The position numbers and the translations under genes were made by a program. Under the pieces are notes generated by a model that made no database searches, was not told where the DNA came from, and saw only the letters and a list, made by a program, of their open reading frames with translations. Below, in pieces: positions 19,872 to 29,316 of a stretch of 64,000 bases of DNA. This DNA is from Leptolyngbyaceae cyanobacterium clean351. Lineage in GTDB: Bacteria; Cyanobacteriota; Cyanobacteriia; DAIDHW01. Location of the stretch: NCBI GenBank assembly GCA_027451865.1, contig DAIDHW010000001.1:81798-145797 (forward strand), written 5' to 3'. Positions within the stretch are counted from its first letter, which is position 1; each line of letters starts with the position of its first letter.

Positions 19872-21128
19872 TTAATTGTACTGAGAAAGGACCCGGACCG
19901 GCTGGCCATCTTGCAGCTGGGGGGAGTGAGTGAGGATGACTTGGTCGCCGCCCACTAGGCCTGCTAAAACCCGCACCTGTCCGGCAGCAGGCTTACCCAC
20001 CTCTAGCCACCGCAACTCGGCCCGCTGGTGGGTCTGGTCAACCACGTACACTCCCGTTAGTTGTCCCTGGTGTACTAAAGCTGCCTGGGGGATAGTGATG
20101 ACTGATCGAGTACCGGCGATGGGCAGGTTAATCTGTCCATACATCCCTGCCATGAGACCACTGGGGCGGTCCAGGGGGACCTTAACCAGGAAGGTCCGGG
20201 ACTGGGGGTCGGCGGCCGGGACGATCTGACCAATGTGCCCAGGATAGTTATGGCCAGCGACTTGCACCGCAATTGGCTCTCCTAGCTTGACGTCAGTGGC
20301 GTTTTGCTCCGGCACGGGTACCTCTAGCTGTAGATGGTCTGAGTCCTGGATTTTGATGAGGGCGGTGCCGCTGGGGGAATAGGGATTAGTAACCTCACCA
20401 GGAGAGGCTAGCTTTTCAGTTACCACCCCGTTAAAGGGAGCGACCACTTGGCCATAGCTTTGGTCAGCCAGCGCAGTAACTACCTGGGCTTGGGCTTGCC
20501 CTAGAGCAGCTTGGGCCTGCCTGACGGCCGCCCGGGCTTGCCGGATGGCAGCCTTAGTTTGGGCCAGAACTGCCTTAGCCTCGGCTAGGGTGTCGTTGGC
20601 TTGGTCAAGCTGGGCTTGGGGAATTGCTCCTTCCCTCGTCAGCCAGGCGGAGCGCTGCTGGTTAATTTGGGCCAGGTGTAGGGCCGCCAGGTTCTGGAGG
20701 GCTTGGGCCTGCAGCTGCTCAAGGGTAGCTTGGATCCGGGCTACCTCCGCTGCTGCTTGGGCAACATTAGACCGGGCGGCGGCCGTTTGCCCTGCCATAT
20801 CCTGGGTATCAATTCTTGCCACTACGGCCCCTTGGGCAATACGGTCCCCTGTGTGCCAGGGCAAATAGGTGATCAGCCCCGCCAAACGGGTGGAGAGGAC
20901 AGCCTTGTGTAGAGGTGCGATGGTGCCGCTGAGAGTCAAGCAGTCCCCCTGGGGGTGGGGGTAGACCCGGAGGATGCGCACTGCCATGGCCGGAAGTACA
21001 GGGGCCGCGGTCGGTGGCTTAACCTGACTCAGTACCCGTCCCAAGCCAAAGCCCGCCAACAAAAGAGCTACCCCCCAAGCCACAATCGTCCCTCGACCCA
21101 GACCATTCATGGTGATTTGTTTATCCAT
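19872..21128 (-). CDS. RND efflux periplasmic adaptor (membrane fusion protein, HlyD family)
   Basis: An N-terminal TM anchor is followed by a long Ala/Gln-rich coiled coil, beta-barrel and lipoyl-like domains. It lies directly upstream of the RND gene. Confidence 0.85.
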   Translation of the reverse strand: MDKQITMNGLGRGTIVAWGVALLLAGFGLGRVLSQVKPPTAAPVLPAMAVRILRVYPHPQGDCLTLSGTIAPLHKAVLSTRLAGLITYLPWHTGDRIAQGAVVARIDTQDMAGQTAAARSNVAQAAAEVARIQATLEQLQAQALQNLAALHLAQINQQRSAWLTREGAIPQAQLDQANDTLAEAKAVLAQTKAAIRQARAAVRQAQAALGQAQAQVVTALADQSYGQVVAPFNGVVTEKLASPGEVTNPYSPSGTALIKIQDSDHLQLEVPVPEQNATDVKLGEPIAVQVAGHNYPGHIGQIVPAADPQSRTFLVKVPLDRPSGLMAGMYGQINLPIAGTRSVITIPQAALVHQGQLTGVYVVDQTHQRAELRWLEVGKPAAGQVRVLAGLVGGDQVILTHSPQLQDGQPVRVLSQYN

Positions 21129-21221
21129 CGCTGTTGCCGACCTCCATGCCCTAAAGAATCTAAGAACATATTACTACTGAGTTGTATAAGTATCCCTAGG
21201 AAACCTCTCCCAGGGCAAACT

Positions 21222-21848
21222 TCAGTACCCTTGCTCGGCCAGGAACTCGAGGGTGATTTCCTCTTCCATAGCCCGGGAGGAGAGAAATTTGTGGGCGTAC
21301 TTAGCCAGAATATCCCCCTCCAGGTTCACCGGTGCTCCAGGTTCTAGGTACTGTAGGTTAGTGGTGCGATAGGTATGGGGGATGACGGCCACCGAAAACT
21401 GACCCCCCCCTTCCCTAAGGTTAGCTACGGTCAGGCTAACTCCATTCACCGCTATACTGCCCTTGGCAACCAGATAGGGAGCAACCGTCGGCGGGGTACT
21501 AAATTCCATTATCCAGGCTGCTTCTGCCCCGGTTACCCCCAGTAGGTGGCCTACCCCATCCACATGTCCGGTGACAAAGTGACCCCCTAAACGGTCTCCC
21601 ACCCGTAGGGATAATTCCAGGTTGACCAAGCGACCTCCCTGGCCGAGAGTGCTCCGCTGGAGAGTTTCCGGGGAAACTACCGCCCCAAACCCCCCACCCC
21701 CCAAGTCAGCCACCGTCAGACACACCCCATCTACGGCGACACTGTCTCCCAGGGTGAGCTGCCCAAGGTCTCCTTGGGGATAAATCCTCAGGTGTGTCTC
21801 ACCTAGGGTCTCGACTACGCCCATTACTTGTACTAGACCCGTAAACAT
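21222..21848 (-). CDS. ribE: Riboflavin synthase alpha subunit
   Basis: The N-terminus 'MFTGLVQVMGVVETL' and an internal duplicated half 'FVTGHVDGVGHL' match RibE. The true start is the internal ATG. Confidence 0.9.
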   Translation of the reverse strand: MFTGLVQVMGVVETLGETHLRIYPQGDLGQLTLGDSVAVDGVCLTVADLGGGGFGAVVSPETLQRSTLGQGGRLVNLELSLRVGDRLGGHFVTGHVDGVGHLLGVTGAEAAWIMEFSTPPTVAPYLVAKGSIAVNGVSLTVANLREGGGQFSVAVIPHTYRTTNLQYLEPGAPVNLEGDILAKYAHKFLSSRAMEEEITLEFLAEQGY

Positions 21849-21931
21849 TCCCAGGTGATTCCTTCTTCCACAGGCCATAATTGAAACTAGACTAACCCTT
21901 AGCGGTGTCCCCGCGCCTGGAAGCTAAGACC

Positions 21932-22441
21932 ATGATTGAAATGAGAGTTGCCGGGGTGATTGTCGACCCCCCCACCCGAATTCCTGTGGTGCTGTTGCGG
22001 GATCCCCAAGACCGTCGAGCCTTGCGCATCTATGTCAGTCAGGACCAAGCCCAGGCGATTTTCAACGCCTACAAGCATCAAGTCCCCCTACGGCCCTTCA
22101 CCCACGACCTGATGATCAATATCCTCAAGGAATGGGACCTGACTGTGGAGCGAGTGGTGATCCACTCCCTCCAGGACAATACCTTCCACGCCGTCGTTAC
22201 TGTCCGCCAAGGGGAGGTGAAAAAAGACCTGGATGCCCGCTCTAGTGATGCCATTGCCCTTGCTCTACGCGCCAACGCGCCAATCTGGGTATTTGAGGAA
22301 GTGATTGCCGACGCCTCAATCCCTGTGGACGAAGAGGCCGATGAGGCGGAACAGCAGGCCTTCCGTGAATTCTTGGCTAATCTCAGACCAGAGGACCTAA
22401 TCCAACGGGGGGGCTGGGATGAGGAGCGGCACTCCTCCTAG
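21932..22441 (+). CDS. Bifunctional nuclease family protein (DUF151)
   Basis: The sequence 'MIEMRVAGVIVDPPTRIPVVLLRDPQDRRALRIYVSQDQAQAI' is the canonical DUF151 N-terminus. It has an acidic C-terminal tail. Confidence 0.8.
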   Translation: MIEMRVAGVIVDPPTRIPVVLLRDPQDRRALRIYVSQDQAQAIFNAYKHQVPLRPFTHDLMINILKEWDLTVERVVIHSLQDNTFHAVVTVRQGEVKKDLDARSSDAIALALRANAPIWVFEEVIADASIPVDEEADEAEQQAFREFLANLRPEDLIQRGGWDEERHSS

Positions 22442-22488
22442 TTGCCTCGAGGATGAGTCTCAGAGTAACCCAAAGGAGGGCAGTCCAG

Positions 22489-23619
22489 ATGCGTTATCGG
22501 CGTTTTGGTAAAACTGAGTTACCTTTGTCGGTGTTCTCCCTGGGAGTGATGCGCTGTTTGGCCTCCCCGGAGATGGCCTTAGCTACCATCTACAGGGCCC
22601 TAGAGTTGGGCATCAACCACCTAGAGACCGCCCAGGCCTATGGTGCTAGTGAAACCTACCTGGGCCAGTTTTTTCGCAGCTTCCCGCAGCGGCAGCAGGT
22701 TTACCTGACCACCAAAATCATCCCCCAGGGAGATGCTGACACCATGGAGCGGCTCATTGACCAGTCCCTAGGGCGTCTAGAGTGCGGCTATTTAGACACC
22801 TTGGCAGTCCATGGCCTCAACACTCAGGAACACTTAGACTGGTTGCACCGGGGGGGGATGACCGGGGTACAACGGGCAGTAGCTGATGGCCGAGTTCGCC
22901 ACGTGGGTTTTTCTACTCACGGTCCCCTAGAGGTGGTTTTGGCCGCCATCAACACTGGTCTATTTAGTTTTGTCAATCTCCACTACTACCTGTTCTTTCA
23001 GCGGCTTGCCCCAGCCCTCGATGTCGCCCAAGCCCAGGACCTAGGAGTGTTCATTATCTCCCCCGCCGATAAGGGAGGACTTCTTTATACTCCCCCGGAG
23101 CAACTTGAGCAACTGTGCGCTCCCCTGTCCCCCCTCCACCTAAACTATCGATTCCTCTTGGCGGACTCCCGGATCACTACCCTTAGCTTAGGACCAGCTA
23201 ACCCGGAAGAATTGGCATGGCCTCTGGCGGTGGCCGACCAGGAGGGCCCCTTGACCCTGGAGGAGGTGGGGATTCTTAACCGATTGCGCCGGCAGCAGGA
23301 GCTAGCCCTCGGATCTGACCTGTGCCGCCAGTGTTACCAATGCCTTCCTTGTCCAGAAGGGATTCATATTCCCGAGGTCCTGAGGCTGCGCAACCTTACG
23401 GTTGCCTACGACATGGTACCGTACGGTAAATACCGCTACGGAATGCTAGGCAAGGCTGGCCACTGGGTGCCCGGACGACCCGGAGACCAGTGCACAGACT
23501 GTGGCGATTGCCTGCCCCGCTGCCCAGAAAAGTTAGCTATTCCCGCTCTGCTACGGGATACCCACCGTCGCCTCCAGGGCCAGGAGGTTAAGCGTTTGTG
23601 GGGAAATAAAACTATGTAG
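22489..23619 (+). CDS. Aldo/keto reductase with a C-terminal Cys-rich (4Fe-4S ferredoxin-like) extension
   Basis: The AKR N-terminus 'MRYRRFGKTELPLSVFSLGVMR' and the Cys clusters 'CRQCYQCLPCPE' and 'CTDCGDCLPRCPE' are present. A SD 'aaggagg' lies upstream of ATG 22489. Confidence 0.8.
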   Translation: MRYRRFGKTELPLSVFSLGVMRCLASPEMALATIYRALELGINHLETAQAYGASETYLGQFFRSFPQRQQVYLTTKIIPQGDADTMERLIDQSLGRLECGYLDTLAVHGLNTQEHLDWLHRGGMTGVQRAVADGRVRHVGFSTHGPLEVVLAAINTGLFSFVNLHYYLFFQRLAPALDVAQAQDLGVFIISPADKGGLLYTPPEQLEQLCAPLSPLHLNYRFLLADSRITTLSLGPANPEELAWPLAVADQEGPLTLEEVGILNRLRRQQELALGSDLCRQCYQCLPCPEGIHIPEVLRLRNLTVAYDMVPYGKYRYGMLGKAGHWVPGRPGDQCTDCGDCLPRCPEKLAIPALLRDTHRRLQGQEVKRLWGNKTM

Positions 23620-23759
23620 CAGCACATCAACAGGCCCTCAAGTTCTCCAGGTCCAGGAGGGTAAACGACCATGGGCATAACTAGGAGTTCATAAGGGCAA
23701 TCAGCAGCTTAAAATATGAACAGGATTATGTAAAATTTCGTAAACTTCCCCCGGATCCC

Positions 23760-24731
23760 ATGACCTCCGCCACCCCCTTTCTCACCGCCATCGTCGAGGC
23801 AGACTTAGCCCTGATGACGGAGAACCTAAAAAAACTGGTTAGCGCTGGACACCCTATCCTCCACGCTGCGGCAGACCATCTCTTCGGAGCTGGGGGGAAA
23901 CGCCTGAGACCAGCAGTGGTACTGTTGGCATCCCGGGCTACCATGCCGGACCAAAACCTGACGGCTTACCACCGCAGCTTGGCAGAGATCACCGAAATGA
24001 TTCATACCGCCAGCCTCGTCCATGATGATGTCCTAGACGAATCGGAGGTCCGGCGGGGTATCGCCACCGTCCACAGCAGTTTCGGCAATCGGGTGGCTGT
24101 GCTCGCCGGTGACTTTCTGTTTGCCCAGTCCTCCTGGTACCTAGCGAACCTCAATAACCTAGAGGTAGTGAAACTGCTCTCCCGGGTGATTATGGACCTG
24201 GCAGAGGGAGAGATCCTCCAGGGATTAAATCGCTTTGACATCATTTCCATTGATGCTTATCTCGAAAAGACCTATTACAAGACCGCTTCCCTGATCGCCA
24301 ACAGCGCCAAATCCGCCGCCCTCCTCAGCGGTGCTCCGGAACCCGTTGCCCAAGATTTGTATAACTACGGCCGCAACTTGGGTCTGGCCTTTCAGATCAT
24401 CGACGATATTTTCGACTTTACTGCCAGCGCTGAGGTCCTGGGTAAGCCGGTCGGCTCCGACCTCAAAAGTGGCAACCTAACTGCCCCAGTCCTATTTGCC
24501 CTGGAAGACTATCCCCAGCTGGAGAAATTTATCCTGCGGGAATTTGCCCAGGAAGGAGACCTAGAGCAAACTCTCTCCCTGGTCAAAAACAGCCGTGGCC
24601 TCCAGCGGGCTCGGGATCTAGCGGTCCACTTTGCCCATACGGCGGTCGAGAATCTAGCCCAGTTACCCGCCTCCGTTTCCCGGCAAGCGCTGATAAACCT
24701 AACGGAGCATGTGATTAACCGCAGTAGTTAG
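23760..24731 (+). CDS. sds: All-trans polyprenyl (solanesyl) diphosphate synthase
   Basis: The first DDxxD motif 'LVHDDVLDESEVRRG' and the second 'IIDDIFDFT' are present, and the product is 323 aa. Confidence 0.9.
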   Translation: MTSATPFLTAIVEADLALMTENLKKLVSAGHPILHAAADHLFGAGGKRLRPAVVLLASRATMPDQNLTAYHRSLAEITEMIHTASLVHDDVLDESEVRRGIATVHSSFGNRVAVLAGDFLFAQSSWYLANLNNLEVVKLLSRVIMDLAEGEILQGLNRFDIISIDAYLEKTYYKTASLIANSAKSAALLSGAPEPVAQDLYNYGRNLGLAFQIIDDIFDFTASAEVLGKPVGSDLKSGNLTAPVLFALEDYPQLEKFILREFAQEGDLEQTLSLVKNSRGLQRARDLAVHFAHTAVENLAQLPASVSRQALINLTEHVINRSS

Positions 24732-24842
24732 GGCGGCAAAATCGCTGAAACTAAAACAGGCCCAGGGGATCTGATACTATTATCCTTAGCTGTATACCTC
24801 CACCCACAGCCCTTGCCTTAACTCACAGGATCAGTTCGCCTC

Positions 24843-27098
24843 ATGGATTTTTCGCCTGCCGATTTGCTCTCCAACTTTCCGGACGAGAAACTGGTTGCCC
24901 CTAAAATTTTAGAAAAAAAGCTCAATTGTACTACAAAAAGGTCCCTGGAGCAGCTGCAGATTTGCCTAGATGCCTTGGAGAAGTTAGAGATTCTAGTTAA
25001 GGAGCGGGGGAAGTATCGCCGAGTGACCGAAGAAGGCCTAGTCAGTGGCAAGCTGCGCTGTTCCAGTAAGGGTTTTTGTTTCGCGATTCAGGAAGTGGAG
25101 GGGGCCGAGGACATCTACATCCGTGAAACCCACGTCGGGACAGCCTGGAACGGTGACCGGGTACTAGTGAAGGTGACCCGGGAAGGCCGCCGCCGCCGCA
25201 GCCCTGAGGGGGAAGTACGCCTGGTGCTAGAGCGAGCTAACCCCTCGATTTTGGCCCGGGTCAAGCGTTCTCCCCAGGGATTCCAAGCCGTCCCCCTAGA
25301 TGACCGGCTTCTATTTGAATTGGACCTAGAGGCCGGAGAAGGAGAAGACCTCGCCCCCCTAGAGGGCCATCTAGTCCACGTGCGGATCCTGCGCTACCCC
25401 CTTGGTCAGCTGCGTCCGGTGGGTCAGGTCACCCGGAGCCTAGAAAGCGAAAGTGGACCAGCATCGGACCTGATGATCATCTGCTGTAAGCACGATTTGC
25501 CCCAGGACTTTCCGGCCGAAGTACTCCTAGCTGCCGACCAGGCCGCAGCAGAAATCTCCCCTGAGGAATTCGCTGCCCGCCGGGACCTGCGCTCTCTGTT
25601 CACAGTGGCTCTCAAGCCTAACCTTGATCCAGGGGTGTCTAACCACTCGGATAATGCCATTACCCTCGAGGAGCTACCCTCCGGGTTGTGGCGGCTGGGG
25701 ATTCACGTGGCTGACGTGGCCCACTTTGTCACTCCCCAATCACCCCTAGACCAGGAGGCCGAACGCCGCACCACCGCTGTCCACCTGGGGGACCAGGTCC
25801 TGCCCCTGCTGCCGGCTAACCTTACGGAACGATGCTGTGCTTTAATCCCTGGCCAGGACCGCTTGAGCATTTCGGTGCTGCTGACCCTGACCGCGAGCGG
25901 CGAAATCGTTACCTTTGAGATTCAACCAACGGTAGTGCAGGTAGATGAGTTTCTCAGCTACGCCCAGGCCCGGGATATCCTCCAGGCAGAACCGAGTAGC
26001 GACCTGCACCATTGGCTAGGCAACCTGCGCCAGTTGAGTGGTACGCTGGGAGAACAGCGCCGGCGGCGGGGAGCCTTTGAACTGAACCTGCCCCAGGCTC
26101 AGTTCCGCTGCGACGATGAAGGAGCCATGGGAGCTATGGTGGTTTCCTCTATTCAGCCAGTACGCTCCCTGGTGGCGGAGGTGATGATATTAGCTAACCA
26201 GGTAGTGGCCAGTCACCTGCAGGCCCTAGGGGTACCGGGGATTTACCGGGTTCATCCCCTACCTAACCTAGATAGCGTCCAGGAGGTAGCTAAGCTCGGC
26301 TGCAACATGGGGATTGAGCTACGCCTAGAGCAGGAGGACGGGGTCTGCCCCCAAGACTACCAGCACTTCACCCAGGCCTTTGCCAAATCCGAGCTAGAGA
26401 AGGTGCTCACCTACCTGTTGCTTGAGACCCTCAAGCCCGCCTCCTACAGCACTACCCCACGCTCCCACTTTGCCCTAGCCCTTGACCAGGGATATACTCA
26501 CTTCGTCTCGCCACTGCACCGCTATCCAGACCTATTGATCCAACGGGTCCTTAAGAGTGTGTTTGCCTTAGGCCGTGACCGCCGTTCCACCAGGACTAAG
26601 GAACAGGCAGACCTACGCAGCAGCATCTGTCATGGGAAAGTTACCTGGAAAGTACTCCCTCCGGAGGTCCACGAAGCCCTAGAGCAACAGTTTGCCAGTC
26701 AAGTAGTACACTTAACTGAACGGGAAAAGGAAGCCCTAGAGGCGGAAAAGGACATGGAAGGCCTCCAGAAAGCTGGCTTTATGGAACAGCGCACCGGCGA
26801 GATATTTCACGGTTTGATTATTGGAGTCCAATCCTACGGCCTGTTCGTGGAGATTGAGGAACTGTTGGTGGAAGGGCTAGTACACGTCAGCTCCCTTAAG
26901 GATGACTGGTACGAGTATCGGGCCCGTCAACAGGCCCTAGTGGGCCGTCGCAGCCGCCGCCAATACAGCCTCGGGGGCCAAGTCCTGGTCCAAGTCAAAG
27001 GGGTAGACTACTACCGTCAACAGATAGACCTTGTGATCATACCTGACGAGACCAAGGAAACCGAGCTAGACCTCGTCGAGACCGCTGAGGAATCTTGA
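24843..27098 (+). CDS. rnr: Ribonuclease R / RNase II-family 3'-5' exoribonuclease
   Basis: It has cold-shock-like OB folds, an RNB catalytic domain ('HVADVAHFV', 'LHLGDQVLPLLP') and a C-terminal S1 domain. The product is 751 aa. Confidence 0.9.
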   Translation: MDFSPADLLSNFPDEKLVAPKILEKKLNCTTKRSLEQLQICLDALEKLEILVKERGKYRRVTEEGLVSGKLRCSSKGFCFAIQEVEGAEDIYIRETHVGTAWNGDRVLVKVTREGRRRRSPEGEVRLVLERANPSILARVKRSPQGFQAVPLDDRLLFELDLEAGEGEDLAPLEGHLVHVRILRYPLGQLRPVGQVTRSLESESGPASDLMIICCKHDLPQDFPAEVLLAADQAAAEISPEEFAARRDLRSLFTVALKPNLDPGVSNHSDNAITLEELPSGLWRLGIHVADVAHFVTPQSPLDQEAERRTTAVHLGDQVLPLLPANLTERCCALIPGQDRLSISVLLTLTASGEIVTFEIQPTVVQVDEFLSYAQARDILQAEPSSDLHHWLGNLRQLSGTLGEQRRRRGAFELNLPQAQFRCDDEGAMGAMVVSSIQPVRSLVAEVMILANQVVASHLQALGVPGIYRVHPLPNLDSVQEVAKLGCNMGIELRLEQEDGVCPQDYQHFTQAFAKSELEKVLTYLLLETLKPASYSTTPRSHFALALDQGYTHFVSPLHRYPDLLIQRVLKSVFALGRDRRSTRTKEQADLRSSICHGKVTWKVLPPEVHEALEQQFASQVVHLTEREKEALEAEKDMEGLQKAGFMEQRTGEIFHGLIIGVQSYGLFVEIEELLVEGLVHVSSLKDDWYEYRARQQALVGRRSRRQYSLGGQVLVQVKGVDYYRQQIDLVIIPDETKETELDLVETAEES

Positions 27099-27703
27099 AC
27101 CAGCGCCCCCTAATTCTGGGTGTTTCGGGAGCTTCAGGCCTGATATATGCCCTCCGAGTCCTGCGACACCTGCTCAATGCTGACCAAGCCATTGAAGTGG
27201 TGGCTAGCCGTGCCTCCTACCAGGTTTGGAGGGCTGAGTACGGTCTGACTTTACCCGGGGGGGGGCCTGCCCAAGCCCAATTTTGGCGGCAACAGTCTGG
27301 CGCCGAGGGGGGAGGGAAGCTTACCTGTCATCCCTGGCAAGACCTAGGCGCGGGAATTGCCAGTGGCTCCTATCGCACCCAGGGGATGTTAGTGGTCCCC
27401 TGTAGCATGAGTACAGTAGCTAAGTTAGCTACTGGCCTAAGTACAGATTTACTGGAGCGGTCGGCAGATGTACAGCTAAAGGAGGGAAGACCTCTGGTTC
27501 TAGTACCGCGGGAAACCCCCTTTAGTTTGATTCACCTGCGCAATCTCACTACCCTTGCGGAGGCAGGAGCCCGAATTGTCCCAGCTATCCCCGCTTGGTA
27601 CCACCATCCCCAGACCATTGAAGACTTGGTAGATTTTGTCGTGGCCCGGGCCCTTGACCAACTGGGTATAGATTGTGTGCCCCTAAGACGCTGGAGGGAA
27701 TAG
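27095..27703 (+). CDS. ubiX: Flavin prenyltransferase UbiX
   Basis: The sequence 'PLILGVSGASGLIYALRVL' and 'LVLVPRETPFSLIHLRNL' match UbiX. It overlaps rnr by 4 bp and has a TTG start. Confidence 0.88.
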   Translation: MNQRPLILGVSGASGLIYALRVLRHLLNADQAIEVVASRASYQVWRAEYGLTLPGGGPAQAQFWRQQSGAEGGGKLTCHPWQDLGAGIASGSYRTQGMLVVPCSMSTVAKLATGLSTDLLERSADVQLKEGRPLVLVPRETPFSLIHLRNLTTLAEAGARIVPAIPAWYHHPQTIEDLVDFVVARALDQLGIDCVPLRRWRE

Positions 27704-28174
27704 GGCGGCGACAGCCTGACCAAGCTGCTCAAAGGACAAGCTACCGGCCTGGCTGAACACCTTGTGCCCAGTTCCATCAAATAAGACCGTTTGGGGTACT
27801 TGGCCCTGGTAGTAATAACCGGGCTCGAGGGGCGTGTACTGGGACTGCGGCAACCAAGTGTCAGGGCTTACGGCCAGCAGATTTAAACGGTGGACGTACA
27901 TCCCCTGCACCCGGGAGACCACAGCAGCGTATTCTTTGCAATCGCGGCTGTCATCAACGTAGAACACTAGCAAGGTTGGCTTAGGCCCCCGGAGGGCTTC
28001 GGCAAGGGAGGTCTTAGGAGGTACTAGAGAGCCGTCTCCAGCGTAAAGGGCAAAGATATTGCCATCGTAGTGGTCATCAGCTAAGTTGGCTAGAGCTGGG
28101 GCGCCGGGATTGATGAGCAGAAGCCCAGTTAGACACAACCAAAGCAGTACACTGAAGATTGATTTGGGAAGCAT
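27683..28174 (-). CDS. Secreted, lumenal thioredoxin-fold protein
   Basis: A signal peptide 'MLPKSIFSVLLWLCLTGLLLINPGAPALA' precedes a thioredoxin-like core 'LLVFYVDDSRDCKEYAAVV'. Confidence 0.6.
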   Translation of the reverse strand: MLPKSIFSVLLWLCLTGLLLINPGAPALANLADDHYDGNIFALYAGDGSLVPPKTSLAEALRGPKPTLLVFYVDDSRDCKEYAAVVSRVQGMYVHRLNLLAVSPDTWLPQSQYTPLEPGYYYQGQVPQTVLFDGTGHKVFSQAGSLSFEQLGQAVAALFPPAS

Positions 28175-28416
28175 GGGGGAGAGCGCAAGTCTGCTGATAC
28201 TTATTTACGAGTCGGACAGCTTAACTATTATACCTGGGATTAGACTTAGCCCCAAGGGGAGATTTCCCGATGGAGATAGCTAGGGCAAATAGTTAGTCGC
28301 GTAAAGATAGGAAACTAATCCCTCGGGGGCAACCTAAAATAAATCTAAAATGGTGGGAATTCCCAAGCCTACTTCCCGAGCATTACCTAACCGTCGTCAA
28401 TTTGAGGAGCACCACC

Positions 28417-29316
28417 GTGCAGTCAGCCAAACAACACAACCAAATTGTGGGCTATTTTCTGGAAGAAGCCCGGGAACACTTGGAAACCATGGAAAAATGC
28501 CTTCTAGAACTTCAGGCGACGATGGAAGACCAGGAGCGGATGAATGAATTATTCCGGGCCGCCCACTCCCTGAAAGGGGGAGCAGCCATGCTCGGATTTC
28601 AGGCGATCCAGAAAACCGCTCACCAACTAGAGGATGCCCTGAAGCTGCTGCAGGAAAACCCCATCACCATCGACCAACAGTTAGAAACCCTATTTCTGCA
28701 GGAATTAGATGCCCTCCGGGAGTTGACAGCTTGTATTGAGGGGCCCTTTGGCTGGCAGGAGGACGATGCCGCCACCATACTGCGCAAGTACGAACCTACA
28801 CTAAAAGAATTGGCGGCCCACCTGGGTACCCTCCTGGGGGGAGAGGAACAAAAAGAAGCTGAGGCTGCCTCAATGGCTGTTTCCACTAACCTTTTTGTCT
28901 CCTTGGCCACCAATGAGCTGCGGCAAATGTTGACCCTATTTAAGGGACCAGAAAATGAGGGTACTCGCCACCAGATCGTTAGTTTATGCGACCAGTTTAT
29001 TACCATTGGCCCTAACTTAAAGACCTGGCAGGATATAGTGCGCCTGGCCCAAAAAGCAATCGACAAGCCCCAAAACTCCTATAAGACCCTGGCTCCGGTA
29101 GTGATCAGGGACCTAAAACAGGCAATCGACTTGATCCAAGCTGAACGCGCGGCCAGCATTGTTCCCAGCAGCGCCCTGGAGCAGCTAGCAAGTTCTGCTG
29201 CTGCCCTGCCCTTACCCCAAGACCCCAAAGCGGTAGCGGCCCAACTGATCCAGAACTTCAATAAGCAACAGTTACGCGAGATTGCTCAGATCCTAGTCAT
29301 GGCCCTTAAGGCCTAG
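28417..29316 (+). CDS. Stand-alone Hpt (histidine phosphotransfer) domain protein with an uncharacterised helical C-terminal region
   Basis: The motif 'HSLKGGAAMLGF' is the CheA-P1/Hpt phospho-His signature. The likely GTG start is at 28417 with a GAGGAG SD, while the ORF track starts at a TTG at 28402. Confidence 0.75.
   Translation: MQSAKQHNQIVGYFLEEAREHLETMEKCLLELQATMEDQERMNELFRAAHSLKGGAAMLGFQAIQKTAHQLEDALKLLQENPITIDQQLETLFLQELDALRELTACIEGPFGWQEDDAATILRKYEPTLKELAAHLGTLLGGEEQKEAEAASMAVSTNLFVSLATNELRQMLTLFKGPENEGTRHQIVSLCDQFITIGPNLKTWQDIVRLAQKAIDKPQNSYKTLAPVVIRDLKQAIDLIQAERAASIVPSSALEQLASSAAALPLPQDPKAVAAQLIQNFNKQQLREIAQILVMALKA

Noticed and set aside
23760-23762. Apparent 1-nt offset between my hand count of the sds ATG (23759) and the ORF-track start (23760)
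   Set aside because: This is most likely a counting slip on my part, so the ORF-track coordinates were kept.
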